Shown here: positions 11,401 through 29,635 of the stretch, one piece after another
Numbering within the stretch: position 1 is the stretch's first letter
How the letters are laid out: each line of letters begins with the position of its first letter
From: Bugula neritina
Taxonomy: Eukaryota > Animalia > Bryozoa
Direction of reading: 5' to 3'
DNA: 64,000 bases
Assembly (NCBI GenBank): GCA_964035545.1
Contig: OZ037773.1
Coordinates: 2,757,751 to 2,821,750 of the forward strand
Notes under the pieces: model-generated
What the model was told of the DNA's origin: nothing
Databases searched by the model: none
Seen by the model: the letters and a program-made list of their open reading frames with translations, nothing else
Translations under genes and position numbers: made by a program

Positions 11401-14400
11401 AAAATTGGTAGCCATTTTACATAAATTATGGGCTGTGTATAACACTGTACACAGCAAACACCCATTATATATATTACATATTGTATATTATACTTTATAT
11501 ATTATACATATATATTGTATAACATACATTAAAATTTATTATATGTATATTATAAAAATGAAAGTAAAACCACAATTCTCATAAACTATAAATACTGAAC
11601 TAAACTCATTAACAGCTTATAGAGCAAAAGAAAACTTTTTGAATTGTAACTTGAAGCAGTCCTTGAATATAATATATATAATACTATATATAATATATTA
11701 TATGTAATATATATATAATATTATATATAATATAATATATATAATATATTATATATAATTTATTATATGTAATATATATAATATTATATATAATATATTA
11801 TATATATTTTATTATATATATTTTATATAGTATTATATATATATATTACATATAATATATTATATATAATATATTACATATAATATTATATATAATATAT
11901 TATATATGATATTATATATAATATGATAAGTGAACTTACTAGATAGGATGTCTTTTTCCTGGCAGTTATTATTCCTATTATACTTGTGAGCACAAACTAC
12001 AAGATACACAGATGCAACCATATTACAATTTTTGTCAAATAATGTTTTAATAAAGTTTATCACTAGCTACAGTATGTTAACTAGCAGGCGCTATAAAATT
12101 TTTTCATTATAAGATAGTTCATGGAAAAAAATCACAGCAGCTGTTAAATGTAGCAATAAGCAATAAATCTTATTACAAATTTGTGTTATCAATTGTAAGA
12201 AGTTATAGGAGCATAGCTCTATATAAACTTTGTTTCATTACGCTATTGCCGGGATAAAAGTGATATCCCGACATTTGGTAGATATTGGATTCACAGAACA
12301 AAGGTGAAATTTTCGTGATTTTCTAGCAAAAGAATATAAACTGTTAACGCAGCAGGGTGTTAAAATGGAGAAAGCTAAATATATATAGTCATTAACTGCT
12401 ATAATAGAATAAAATATATAATTCAGGAGTGGGAAACTTCTGGTGCATGAGGGCCAAGTTCATACTACATTTTGGTTATAATAAAGTAATTTGTCACCAA
12501 GCAGAATACATATAACAATTTTTACTTATCTTAAGCAACAAAAGGGTCACTGAAGAGGGGGCTCTCAGTTGCCCACCCGTGATATATATGAGAGTCCTGC
12601 TGTTAATAATATGCATGTAAATGAGTTATTGATAGAAATTTACTCTTCGTATTGAGGTTTGAATCTGAATTCACTAAGCTATCAACAAGCAATATATTCA
12701 CAGCATCATCTCTCTACATGCTGGAAGAATCTTATGTTTGAAACACACTAGATTGGCTGCAGCGTGTCACGAAAAGTGAAACTTATGTACTGTTAACAGA
12801 ACTTGTAGCAGCTCGTTCATACTATATTTAAATGCTTTAGATTCAGTGCTTATGAATACAAACACGTTTATGCACTGGAACTCCATACGAACTATTTTTA
12901 CATTCTAATATTATATAAATATTAGGAGCTGTATTGTATATATAAAAAGCATTAATGTAAGGTTCAGTATTTTAAATTAAAAGCTATCAGTTGAAAGTGT
13001 ATTGTTTAAAAAAGACTTTGAAAGAGAGCATTGACCTGGGACAACAAATATTACGGTAATGGAGGACATTATGCAAAAGGTATTCAGGAAGTCGATTAAA
13101 ATAATTAAAAGCTTTAAACTGAAACTGCAATTAGTATTTTCATTGGATGTTATACGGCGTAAATGGTCACCTTTTCGGACTAAATATCCATTATTTATAC
13201 AGACTAAATATCTATAATGCTTATTTACAGACACCACATCTGTAAAGAATAACAGCGAATGTGAATAAATAGACTTGAGACAGCTGTTTTGATTTTAAGA
13301 GCTACAACAATTTAAATAATTTATGAGTAATTACTCTAAGTGATATATTATTAATAATAGAATTATGGTCAAACTAATTCCTATTAGATATAAGTGAATA
13401 TATTGTGTAAGATAAAGTTATAAAAACTGAATAGCGTACCATTGCCCCCTGGAGATATTAAAGAAAATCCCATTAGTTTTGAAACTCTTTAGACTATATC
13501 TATCAAATTAGTATCTCCATTAGCTGGTGGTATGTTAGCACATTCTATATATTAATATATAATTATATTAATGTAGGCGCTGGTGTTTTGACCTGCAGAT
13601 TCAACTTCTTATGTATATAGAACATATTTTACATTCTATATATAACAATCTGCTACTGTAGCATCGAATGTGTAATTATAAATTACAAGAGTATTGAATG
13701 TTAAGACATTGTTTTATTATATGAAAAACTCACACAAGTTTATAATCATTATCCCTGTGAGAAACCCCTGGTAGAAAAGGTTTTTGTTAAAGCGGGTTAA
13801 GGACTTATTTAAAATGAGGCACAGGAGCAATTATGACTGGATGTTCTTTCTAACATCACCAATGGACTTTGCCATGACCTTCGTGTGTACTAGGAAAACG
13901 CTCTAACCCCTAGACCAAGGCTGCTCCCTATTGTTTTGATTATATAACACAGATTAATGTTTATAATGAGAGAGCTGAATGTACAAACAGACAGACATGC
14001 AGATATACAGAAAGAAAGACAGACAGACAGAATAGTATACCAGTTCTAATAACCCGGGTCTTCAGGATTTACTTCTACTTATATAAAGTGTAACATTTAA
14101 GAACAGGGTGTAATTAAAATAAACCTATCGCTTTGCATTTAAAGACATTGGTAGTAGCAGATGCCATATATGGAATGAACAAGGCGTGGGTTTTTGATAA
14201 GCTATCGTTCAATGTTTGGGTGAAAGCACGACTGTTATATTTCACAGATGAGCCATTTTTAACCTTACAAACATTTGCTAGAACTAACGTGCTAGTTTCT
14301 AAGGCCTTCTTCAGTTACACACACATATTATGGCTGATTCACAGACAGCCTAAGGTTGATTATGTACTAACAAAGGTACACCAAGACACATGGGCATTGT

Positions 14401-16733
14401 CTAACACTTTAACTAAAATAAAATCTAATAAATATTTTATTATAAGTTCAGCTATAGTATAACAGACTCCATGCATGTGCCTAAAATATTTTGCACACAT
14501 AAAACTAGTTGTTTGAAAATGTTGATTGGCTTAGGATTCAGCGCCTCATTCGCTCTGTGTTGGCCAGGTGCCTTAGCTATATCTACCTGTTATTATGGTT
14601 TCTTATATTATGGTGGCTTGTGGGGGAGATGCTGAAGTGTATGTCAAGTGTGTATACTTGATGGTTGGGGATTATAAAATCTCAGCACAGTGCTGCTTGC
14701 CAATTGATTTGGTTATCGATTAATACAAATCTTAGACTCTCCTTCCCAGAGGACTATCTCTTTCTCATCAACATCTCATCTCAAGACAGAAAATTTAATT
14801 ATTTTGCAAAAAAAAACAGTTGTTTATCATCAACCAATTGAGTGCAGTTAGTGCTGTGGGAATTTCTTATTCACTCAGACCTTTTACATCTAATCAGTGT
14901 TTCTCTCAGCCATCATAATATTATGGATGTCTCAATCGTTATTATGAATTATTGCTAGCTCTAGGGACTATAAAGGAATTAAACATGAAAGTTTTTTTAG
15001 CATAAGTTTAGGATTTACACAGGACTTGACTGTTGTAAACTATTTAATACATGCCATCAACGTGTGAAATATTATTTATAATTAATAGTGAAACATGTTT
15101 CGAAAATTATGTATAGGCAACTTTCTGGCAAATACTGGTTATAGAGATTAGCTATGAACTTACAATAATATGACTATTTAGTTGCAGTTCTGTCAATGTT
15201 ATCTAAAGCTAGCACGTTGTATAGACTAGCGTAGAATAGTATAGTATAGTGTAGTTGATCGTATAGACTAGTTTAGATTAGCATAGACTATGTAATATAG
15301 ATTAGTTTGGAATGAGTTTATATAGAAGAGTTTTGAGTTGTAAGAAACGTTTAGGCAAGGAAATGACAATAACTTTTTTATTATTTGAAAACAGTTGGTT
15401 GTTAAAAAGAAACCTAAACTTAAAGACTAGTAATTTTAGCAACTCATAACTCATTAAATATAGCTTACAGAGGTTTACACATTATAATAAGTAAATCATT
15501 TCTTAGTAAATAGTATAGAGGATAGCCAAGTAGTCCAGGCTACACTGACTTGTAATTATAAAACACTTATGGCCACCAACTTGTGCCTTTAATATCAAGT
15601 CACACAGTCATCAGGATACTGTCAAGTACATATAGAATTCATTATCCTCCTATATAATTGACTTGAGTGATTAGAAGAGATTTTGGTTTAATCAATATCC
15701 AGTGCATTGAAATAAGGTACATCAGACTGTATTAATGTGATATCACTAGACAGCATCTACTTCAGAACTGCTGTTGTTATAATATTATTATATTCTACAT
15801 TGTAAAATCTCACTTGCATACTTTATATCTAGCTATATATGTTTTATGGTATCTAAGGCTAAACTTCAGAACTTTTAATAAACAAAAAGTATATCAAGAA
15901 CTAAACCAGGAACGAGACAAAACAAATATACATATATAGGTTTATAATATGGACATATAGTATATAATACGTAATGATATAACAAATTAGCTATACTAAT
16001 AGGATATAATGGGATTACATAATACAATATAGCATATTATTATATAAAATATAGCCAGCATACTGGGGCTATATGGCTTATATAGTGTTAATTGTGATGT
16101 ATACATAAATGTGCCTTTACTTACATTTGTTTTTATGTACTAGAAATTGTATTACATATATAGCTAGATCAGTATGGGGTAATGTATATATAGCTTGTTT
16201 TGAGACTTGACATTTATAGTCTAGATAAATACTTGTGTATAGACACACCAGCTGCCCTATTGTTCATTCATATATATACACACATACAATAACAGGAAAC
16301 TTTTTGAAACTGTATAAACTTTGGAAAGTTGAGCTATGTGGCCTTTGCTGGATACTAAGCTTAAACATCATTAATTTATTTGTTGCTTAGTCTGATATGG
16401 ACAGTCTAAAAAATTACCTAACTTTTTAAAATATTAGTGATAAAACTAAGACAACAAAAGTTAAGTAGTAGTTTCCTCATAAATTACGTGATAATGTAGT
16501 TTGGAACTCACAAATCCTCCACTCCATATAGGGGAGACCCTGTGAGCCATCCAAACTTCAGACCTCAGTGATGAGAGACCTCCTAGTATGATGCTCATGA
16601 TTCCCATGAGGCCGTGCAGGGTTGAACACAGGTAGGTGAGAACAATGGCTGTAGAGCTGCCTGAGGTGCTGCCTATGCTCACATCACTAGACGACCCTCG
16701 CTGAGGGCAACAGGTGCTCTTCTCATGATGCAT
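8496..16733 (-). CDS. Four-TM CD20/MS4A-like (TMEM196-like) membrane protein, ~320 aa
   Basis: Exons 16733-16512, 11996-11940, 10648-10501, 9391-9312, 8951-8496 join in frame with consensus sites. Four hydrophobic segments, the SPIWSGGF|FVLTSIIGIITARKK motif typical of CD20-like TM2, and a long polar C-tail. The start codon is uncertain; a possible 5'UTR exon ends at the donor near 18304. Confidence 0.75.
9556..9771 (-). mobile_element. tRNA-derived SINE, copy 2
   Basis: Full-length match to the same family. Confidence 0.9.
10674..10888 (+). mobile_element. tRNA-derived SINE, copy 3
   Basis: Full-length diverged match; tail-to-tail with copy 4. Confidence 0.9.
10910..10945. repeat. Perfect 36-bp palindrome
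   Basis: TGTCTTATTTTAGGAGTA|TACTCCTAAAATAAGACA. Confidence 0.95.
10969..11173 (-). mobile_element. tRNA-derived SINE, copy 4
   Basis: Full-length match, inverted relative to copy 3. Confidence 0.9.
12424..12581. mobile_element. hAT-type MITE, copy 2 (shorter)
   Basis: TIRs CAGGAGTGGGAAACT...AGTTGCCCACCCGTG; same internal blocks as 6002-6226. Confidence 0.72.
13036..14310 (-). pseudogene. Possible decayed sushi/CCP-domain gene fragment nested in an intron
   Basis: Exon-like islands ~14310-14125, 13544-13440 and 13239-13036 are joined by phase-1 GT-AG junctions and read ...VFKCKAI|ECANIPPANG...|DVVSVNKHYRYLVCINNGYLV. In-frame TAA at 13491-13489. Confidence 0.35.
13724..13928 (-). mobile_element. 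tRNA-derived SINE, copy 5
   Basis: Family match with the B box deleted; flanked by imperfect direct repeat ATTGTTTT(G)ATTATAT. Confidence 0.9.
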
Positions 16734-19700
16734 AACCTGCTGCCACTTGGCGCTGCCAATGTCACTTTGAGCTGTCACTTAATTAATCAAGGCTCTTACT
16801 TGACAACGTCAACTCGGCTGCCATACAGATTGAATTGATCTTCAAATATGTATATGGCAGTTAAAAATACATTCTAAATCTCTTGCATACAATGAACTTG
16901 AATAGAAGAATATTGAGCATGAATATGACATCATAATCATACAGTGTTCTGTTAAAGCTGCACAATCGCAATGTCATCTTTCAGGTCATCAGTGCCATCA
17001 ATATATTTGAGAGTATAAAATGTGCTATTTAGTTTATCAGGTTTTCAATTGCAAAATATTTTGTGAATTGGCTGACGGCACATAGCATCCTGATATATTA
17101 AGCTTCATAGTAAATTGCATAATACATACTTTAGTATAATAGAAAAAATGTCTGCACCTGTTAACACTCAATGCAGTGCATAGTTTTGCTGACAATACTA
17201 ATTCATGTGAGTACAATAAAATTTTGTTTGACAGCATTAATTTCTAATGATTTGCTTAAACACGATTTCTTATCTGGTGCACAATATATCATAGACTCTT
17301 TTCTGTCATCATATCCTTTTTTTATTTCGTTAATTAGTTTACAAAGCTTACAAACACCCACACCAGTTCAACATTTTAAGTTCATTTCAGAACACTGTTG
17401 GCAACCAAAGCTAGACGCTACTAAGTACTACCATTAGTGTTATTTCATTTATATTAGTATTCATATTCATTCTGTTTTCTAGGATTGTACATATAGCATC
17501 ATACATGTTTAAACATGTTAAGAAATTATTGCTACACTCATTTATAATAACTTGTTGCTGTTAAGCTACTTTCATATGGTTAGTGGGAATTATAATACTT
17601 TAAGGAAGTCAGCATTTTAATTTGAAAATGTGTTTTAGATACTTGAAAAAGATGACAAAATACATGTGTTCAAGTTCTTTTTGATAATTTCTTTCAAATA
17701 TTAAATAAAAGCTGATTAAATGGAATAACAAACATGTAAGCAGTTTTTCTGCTTCTTAACATCATATCACTAAAGCACCAGGCACGCTGATTCCTGCCAA
17801 CATGCAAAATATATTCTACAAAGTAAAAGGACAGAAGGAGCCAATAAATATTATATATATATAACCTTACTTTGGCTTTACCAAATAGATTCAGTGAACT
17901 TTTATTAAATTCTATTAAAGTGCCAGTTGCTGAAACCCACACTTAACAGTTTTTGACTAGATGAGTTTGATGCTCCGAAAAATATGAACCATTATGCTTT
18001 AAAGCTAAGGTGTACTTGTAACGAGTTAAGATATGCAAAGTGTTATAGGTCATTCCAAATTAAATTTGTTTCGATCAGAGTTATTAATAATGCAAGACTT
18101 TTGCTTATGAACAATTGAAAACTAGAAGCATTTGTAAAAGGCAAAATTATAAAAACATTTTCCTGAACTTGTTATCTAATCTATCAAGTTATAACACATT
18201 CAACTATATTTATTGTAAGGAGTAGATCTACGCTAAAACCCTAACGTAAACTCTAAATGTTCTATATTTATGCAAAAACAATTATGTTCAGTAAGTTACT
18301 CACCTGTGGTAAACGATGTGTACGTGAGCCTAGTTTGCTTAAAGCCTTACTCAAATATCCTTACTCAATACTCTACCGAGACTTGCTTGTTGATGAATTA
18401 GGTACAGGGGCACAAGAAGCACCTGATCTAAAGTGCCAGCTGACGTATTGATTGACAGTGACACCGTAGTAGAACTTTCAAGTGTATAGATAGCCACATC
18501 AATATCAAATCAATATCCTTTCCTCCAATTATATCTAACCGAATAAGCAAACAATAATATATATCATTAAACATAATTAATAGCAAACTATTTCAATTGC
18601 ATAATTTGTTAGTGATGCAACAGTTTATGCTTTCTATTTTTAGATGACTACCATTATAACCTACATAAATTTAATTTGAGAATGCGCATAAAATGCATAT
18701 ACAGGCAAATTAAACTATCAATTGAGTCAATGGTCTAAATTTTAAAAGTTTATATTTGCTTTAGCTCACAAATCTGCTCATTTAGCTATATGTTAAAAAA
18801 ACAATTTTGCAAATAGGAACTAATAACTGGCTAAATGCCAAAATAGATATAAAAATAGTATTCTAAGAACAGGATTTGAGCAGTAATGAATTAAACGCTC
18901 CAGCTGTTATAATTGTAGAGTAGCTAAAAATAGTTAGTTAGGTTTTATCATAATTCAATATTGAAAAAATATTATGTGAAATAGTAACTCGAAAAGCATC
19001 TTCTAAGCAAAATGAAGAATATAGTCAAAGAGGAACTTCTTAAATGCTAATGCTTGTTCAAACCATGACTCCATGAGTTTGAAAAGAGTCAATTAACAGA
19101 AATGGCCAATCTGCCAAAGTTTTGTTGTTTTTCTCTCAGAAACTTAATCAACCAACTTCAGTTAGAAATATGCTTTACGGTAAATTTCAATATTAGTTTT
19201 ATAAGTTAAGTGTCAAAACAAATCTGACTCTTAGGTTTTACTAACTGGCACAGCCCTAGTAACCTGAATGCCTGGAGGCTAAGCTCTAAGCTAGCTTTCA
19301 TTGATTGATCGCATTCAATGCTACTGATCAACACTATACGCTAGATTTAAGTTATTATTGGTATTGTTTGTGGGAGTGTGGGCAGTCTACAGGCTGATAT
19401 GTAAACATGCGGAATGTATTCTAAAAATACCTGCAGGCTACGTAGCCAATAAAATTGACATTTGTTTGTCATCTAATGTTTGTGAGAAGTTTGATGTTAT
19501 TGTTTGTTTTGCTCAGCTATCGAATTTCACTCTAATAAAGTGAGCAGCACTAGATGTTGCAAACATTATTATTGTCACACCCTTAGTGAAGTAAAACAAC
19601 AAGCCTAGCTAGGTCTTCTATATACGCAGCATATTGATGGTCTATAGTTAACATGATAAAATTTCTATTTGATATCCTGACGTAATTCTAGAATTTTCTT

Positions 19701-20983
19701 GTAATGTTATGTTACCAAAAAGCTTTGTGCAATTTTAATTCCTCAATTACACTGCGCATATAATGGTGAATATAGAAAAAATACTATTATTTGAGCTGGT
19801 GTAATAAAATAGAGCGAAACATGTTACAATAATATAAGTTATTACAATATGTAATAGAGAAATATACAAATCTTATTGATGAATTCCATCGTAATACATG
19901 CATTATAATGCAGTGTAATATAATCTACAGTACAAGCTACGCGATTACAATGAAAATATAGGTAATTATTGTAATTAAAGTTATTGACTGTTGTATTAAA
20001 GCTCTATACAACTCCCACGCATTGATTACTACAGCTAAAATGTCACAGTGACAATAAATGGTAGAAAACTACATTTACATAGTTATATGCAGATATAAAC
20101 CTTTATACAAAAAGCATGTGAATATACATTATACATGTATATTGTAAATGAATTGGAAGATTTAGTGAAGATATTTAAATGTACTAGGTTATTGACATAT
20201 TTGAATTACCAAATTTACCAGCACCCTTTATTAATGTCTTACACACATTTCCTGTTACATGCAAGCATACAAACCTATAGGCAAACAGCTAATAAATTAC
20301 AAACTGCATTATAAATTCAAAAGGTCAGTGTACTAGAAAACTTACAATAAAATGCTTTATTATCTGTTTGCCATGCAAATGATTTACACAATCTTATAAA
20401 ATAAAGGTATAAGCATTGATGGTAGTCGAATTAAATGACATTCAAATGCTTGTTCTATTTACACCTCACTTTCTGTTAAAAGTTACTGTTTGCACACCGA
20501 GGTAGGTGTAGTGATAGAGAAATTGAGTAATAAGCCTGTGTTCTAGATTAAAAATGTAGCAAAGAAGTTGCTTTTTGCAAAATTTTTAACCTATGCCCCA
20601 AACCAAAATTTAAAATTATAGAACTTAGGCTGTCTCAAGTTCTTCACTACTACTCCTAAATGTGCAAACCCCATTTTCTTCCGAGACCTGCTGTTTGTAC
20701 ACCACACTCTCCGTTATATGCTTGCTGTTTGCAGACTAAAATATTGTCTGCTAATCGTACAACAGATTAATAACAAAGTATAGCAGACATGGTGGTGAAA
20801 GGTGAACAATCTATTAAGTTATAGCATGCCATTAGATAAATAATGTCTGGACTGAACCTGGAACAGATCAACACTATGTAAATATGTATCTTTAACAGCA
20901 TGGAAATCAGACTACTCTTTTCCCTGGTCTTTAACTAAATTTAAAATTATTTATACAGTATGCACTTTAAATCTTGAAAAGAA

Positions 20984-21166
20984 GGAGCAGCTGTGATCTA
21001 AGGGTTAGATTATTTGCCTAGTAAGCGCGAACTCATGGGTTCAAACCCGACAAAGGTCATTGGTGATGTTAGGAAGAGCATCCAGTCATAATTGCTCTTG
21101 TGCCCCATCTGAATAAGTTCTTAGCACAATTCAGGGATGGCGACTATAAACTTGCGTAAGTTTTTT
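20984..21166 (+). mobile_element. tRNA-derived SINE, copy 6 (internal deletion)
   Basis: Family match; flanked by AATCTTGAA direct repeat. Confidence 0.9.
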
Positions 21167-22563
21167 AATCTTGAAGAGCTAGACTAGTGAGAGGTGAAAC
21201 ACAGCCAAAAACCATTAGACTCATGCATTACCATACACTAATGTTGATGATGATGTATCATAATAATACAATGCTATATATTGTGTTATGGAGAGGTTAT
21301 CAAACTGATATATTATTTTGGTTTTAATATACTTATAAGTAGTATTGAACATAGAAAGTCAGTTTAATACTATTTTCCTATTTGTATTTAGTTACCCGAT
21401 ATTAAAAAGGTTGTATTAACGCATTTAATTTTACTAAAACAGCCATTAATTAGAAAGGCTTGGCCTTATTACTACAATAAACAATCATTTTCTAAATTTT
21501 ATAGCACAATTAACTTGAAATGTTTGAATGTAAGTGAATTCCAAGCTAATAAGATAGAATACTGTACATTTCAACAGCCTACTATCAAAAATTGTAATTC
21601 AGTAAAAAAAACACCAAGAAGAAAATAATTAAAACTAAAAAATGAATTTAAACCTTTTATAATTATCTTTACAGGTTTTGCTATTAATTCGAAAAGAATC
21701 ACAGATCCCTGTCTCACGAAATTCCTCAAGTCATAAGAAGGGCTTAAACCCTCTCCTCTTTTTTGTGTGGCTAAATTTGGTTTTCTACTACGTCACGATC
21801 TGAGGTTTCGAGACCCTTGCATTAGTGAGATACTAAGTGACCGAGAACTATAATGACTGCAGTAGCTGCCAACACCAAACAAAGTCAGCGCCTGCCTTTT
21901 GTTTGCTGACTAGCAGTGTTTGTGCAACAATATTCAATTATTTATGGGAGATGCACGGCCAGTAACACTTGACAGTCTATATATTGTTGAATACATTGGT
22001 CCAGTGCATATGATTCACACCTGGGGTAACATCATAATTTCAAAAAGCAAGCCAATATGACCTCACATGTAGGCTTCCTCTGAAAGAATACAAAACCATA
22101 AATAGATTTATAGGGATAGTACGATGTTCTTTCTTATTGTTGCAGTCACGTTATGAACAAGATCAAAGATGACTGGCAAGTGAAGGCACTTGAGATCAAT
22201 AATAACCTAAAAGACTTAAGTTTGTATGTTCATAATCTCATGATGTTATGATAGGATAACTGAAACAGCACTATTTCAGAATTATTGCTTTTGAGTGCGA
22301 GTGTTTTCTGCTGTCTTAGTTGACGTGAGGTTACACAAGGATGTACGTCTGCAGTAGGTTCTATGACCTTGGCTTGCAGCTAATGGTATAGACAGTTATA
22401 AAGTTAATTGTAGCTTTCAAACCTGTCATGCAGCAAAATAAATTATTATGATATAATTACTTTGGAATAATTACAATTAGCTTGTTTCAAAATTTGCAGA
22501 GAATCTTGTTACCTAGAAAGCAGAGCAAAAAAGACTACTTCTCTTCAAGTGTTCAGCTGTTTG

Positions 22564-22565
<2 letters not shown>

Positions 22566-22612
<47 letters not shown>
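22566..22612. repeat. (AT)n microsatellite
   Basis: Direct reading. Confidence 0.97.
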
Positions 22613-22615
<3 letters not shown>

Positions 22616-22867
22616 GACACACTAGGGTTTTGAAAAAATATGGTGATAACATTTCTATAACTTGCATAAAAAGTTTTATTTAATTTGCTCATTGCAGCAT
22701 ATAAGTAACTCGACTTACAAAACAAACCATGTAATGTTAACAAGAAGAAATATTTCTTGGTACTAAATACTATAACATGCACTTTTCCAGAAATTGCACA
22801 ATGGAAACTTTGAAGTAATGAGTTAGTTGAAGAGCTGCAAATCGCCACCAGTGAACACTTTTGAATA

Positions 22868-26244
<3,377 letters not shown>

Positions 26245-27556
26245 GGCCACTGAAATGTGTAGAGCATACACAATTAGTGGGGATAGCGGTAAACCCTACA
26301 GCTGCACTGCAATACAGTGTGGAATTGTAGAGTGAATTACAGTATATCACATTGTATTGCAGTATAGTATAGAGTATTATATTATGTTACAGTGTATTGC
26401 AGTGTACAAAAGTATATTACAACATAATATTGCAGTATGTCACAATATATTGCAGTGTATTACCACTGAACTGAAACTATAACCCTAGTTATAGTTCAAT
26501 GTGTATTACAATGTATTACAGTGTATTTCAGTATATTACGGTGTATTATAGTATATTACAATGTCTTACAGTGCATTAATATAACATATTATGGTGCATT
26601 ACAGCATATTACAGTGCACTTCAGTATATCACAGAAGGTTTAGGCTATAACTTTGAACCCCCAATTCCACACTCCAGACCCCAAACTAATGAACTCAATC
26701 ACCTCCAATTCAGGGCTGCTTATAGCAAGTTTTACATTACTAGATCAACTTTAAAGGCCAAATACTAAATAGTGAGCTAATATGTAAAGTCCATGAACAC
26801 TACACCTGACTGAAACTGTCCAATAGGAACATTTATCTGTAATTTATCAAGTTATAGTAACTATAATATATTACACACCTAAGTAACATGACTGACCTTT
26901 GCCCTTACTCTAGCTTTACCCTTGGAATAGACTATGTAACTTCATTACTTGTACTGGTGCTATTACTAGCATTTGTTTAATATTGAGAATTCTTGCCAAA
27001 AATAATAAGAGGGAATTAAAAAATGCATTGTTAGCCCAAACTCCAGAGCGTTAAGTCCTCAACTCAAAATTTAAAAGCATATTAATAGCATATAAAGCTA
27101 ATGCTGACTAATACTGTACCTATATTCACATGCAAATATTGTTACTGTTATACTTGTATAGTACAAAATACAGCTGAGTAAAACCCTATATGTAACATTT
27201 TATAAATTGTTTCTTTTGAATAGTGGTGTATGCATATGTGTGATGTATGCATATGTGTAATGTATAAATGTGTGTGGTGTATGCATATGTGTGGTGTTTG
27301 CCTGTTTGCATATGTTGAGAAACAAACTCCAGCCTCTTGCAAGACAAATAAAATATATTTAAAGCTCAAATACATGTTAATAAAATGACACCAACTGAGC
27401 CAAGTAATATATGCAAATTGTAGCCAACATATGATAATAGAATTGATGGAAAGCTAGAAAAATGCTAAGGTTTTTGTACAGAACTACTATAAACTCTGAG
27501 AAATTACAGGATATAAACACAGGTTCTGATGACATAACAGAACAGTTGGTTGCAAG

Positions 27557-29635
27557 CTAAAAGTCCTGATTCTCAATATCTTCAAGTTCCTTTTTGAGGG
27601 CAATGAGGTCAGCATCTGGTACATACATGAACTCAATGAGGTCTTCGTCAGGTTCTCCCACAGTTAGTTCTACGCCGGCTGGTAGATGTCGTGTTGCCAT
27701 ATCAACCATTAAACTGATTATATTATTGGGCAGACCACTGACCTAAGAGAGAAGGTATACCATGAGATACAATAACCTAGGTTCTGGATCACACAGTATA
27801 TTAACAAGGGCTAAAAGAGAAGACTTCCCAAAAGCATAAGCTGAAGTGGGGTTATCATGCTATTTTAAAAACTATAGCTATAATCAAATCACTTTTTCCC
27901 TAAGCTGAAACTCTTGAAGGTTTCCTAGACATGAAAGATACAGCTTCTACATTAAGACTGTCTAAGATTATGTACATTGTCTTGTGTAACACTTACTACT
28001 GTCCGTATATGCTTGACTTCACTATTGTATATAATATAATTTACTAGTTTAGGAGCAAGTCACTGTACTTCTCTTCTCACCTTGATTAATCTATGGAACT
28101 TTTTCAACTTGTATTCATGATCGGATAATTCAGACCTTGGCTTGAAAGTAGCAATATCCCAGGTCCTAGGAGGCACAGCATCTCTACAAAACACAGCACC
28201 TGATAGGAAGTCAATGGTGCAACCTGCGTAGCTAGTAGCATATCTACAGTATGTAGCTAGTTGTAGACCTACTGTGTAACTAGCAGCATACCTACTATGT
28301 AGCTGCCTAGCTAGCAGTAGGCCTACTGTGTAACTAATAGTAGACCTACTGTGTAACTAATAGTAGACCTTTAGTTACTGTGTAGCTAGTAGTAGAAGAG
28401 CAAATTAAGAGAAAACTGCCTTTAGACAACTGGGTTTAAATCCAAAAGCTTATATTACTAAAAACAAAATTTACCAAAAAGAGACAAAAGAAACAGCCTA
28501 TATCTGCATTAGTTGGGTCTCAAACAAAACAAAACAAAAACAGCAGGGCACTTAGTACAGTACTTAGTATTTACTATGAGTATACAGTACTTAGTATTTA
28601 CTATGAGTATATAGTGCTTAGTATTTACTATGAGTATACAGTGCTTAGTATTCACTGTATAGCACTGAGTATTTACAGTATAGTACTTAGATCTTACTGT
28701 GTGGCAGACTGGTCTAAATTCAAAGTGAACCGATGTAAAAACCTAGCGTAGCTTTCAACAGGCGCAAAGTCGTAGCCTCGCACATGCAACCACAGCTCGT
28801 CATATTCTTCTCTTTCGGGCATTACATTCTGCATAAGAAAGAGCCATTAGAACAAAACTACACACATTATTCATATCGCTATTTAGTATATCTGAAACAT
28901 TTTGCTACAAAAAAATTGGAATGTTTCTTTAATATAAGCCAAATTATCATTTATATGCTAACCAATCACATGAGAGAGACTAAGAAATTTGAAAATGTAC
29001 ATAATTTGATTTTTGAAACTGGTAGTCACAGTAAATTACAATTTATTAATAAAATCGAACTCCGCTCTTCAGCAGACTTTGCTGAAAGAAGCTACAAATA
29101 TTACCAATTCTGGGTCTTCATACAGGGGATTTACAGGCTCAGCTTTATATTTCATAGGTCTATGTATTTTATGTATTAGTCGGCATTGTAAACAGTGTTG
29201 GTGTAGCTTAATGGTTGCTAGGTGACTGGTTGACAGAATTGGTGATGTAAGCAATCTTCTTGGAATAGCCTAAAATGTGAAAAGCGGTTAATTAAGTTTT
29301 ACCAAAAATACCAACTAAGTTTCATTTACATTACACCATAATTTTTATACTGCAAGTCTTAAGTTTAAAAATAGAGGATAGATTTGATAAATTATTACAA
29401 ATTCTAAACCCCAATATGGTTGAGTAGACTCAAAATTTTTATTTGGAGTTCTAATATTTATTTAAAGTTGAAAGCAATATTTAATCCACGATAACAAAAA
29501 CAACACAGCAAATAAAGCAGTTTATTGACATTGCTTAGTAGAAGTTCAATTAATAGCAGAGCTAAAAGCCTCATACTTGGTAGTGGTACTTACAGAGCTC
29601 ATCAGTTGTTTCAGTATCGTCATCGACATGTTCAT
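27557..29635 (-). CDS. MRPL48: Mitochondrial ribosomal protein L48 (mL48), 5 exons, ~208 aa
   Basis: Exons 29635-29594, 29269-29105, 28828-28698, 28183-28081, 27742-27557 (627 nt). Basic presequence-like N-terminus followed by an S10-like domain: LWLHVRGYDFAPVESYARFLH...HRLIKVSGLP...LPAGVELTV...DLIALKKEL. Confidence 0.88.
28225..28690. repeat. Two intronic minisatellites in MRPL48 (~23-bp and 27-bp units)
   Basis: CTACTGTGTAACTAATAGTAGAC-like units at 28225-28395; TACAGTACTTAGTATTTACTATGAGTA units at 28555-28690. Confidence 0.85.

Noticed and set aside
19250-22500. Higher-complexity patches that might be exons of a further gene
   Set aside because: Could not assemble a phase-consistent reading frame; may be regulatory or UTR sequence.
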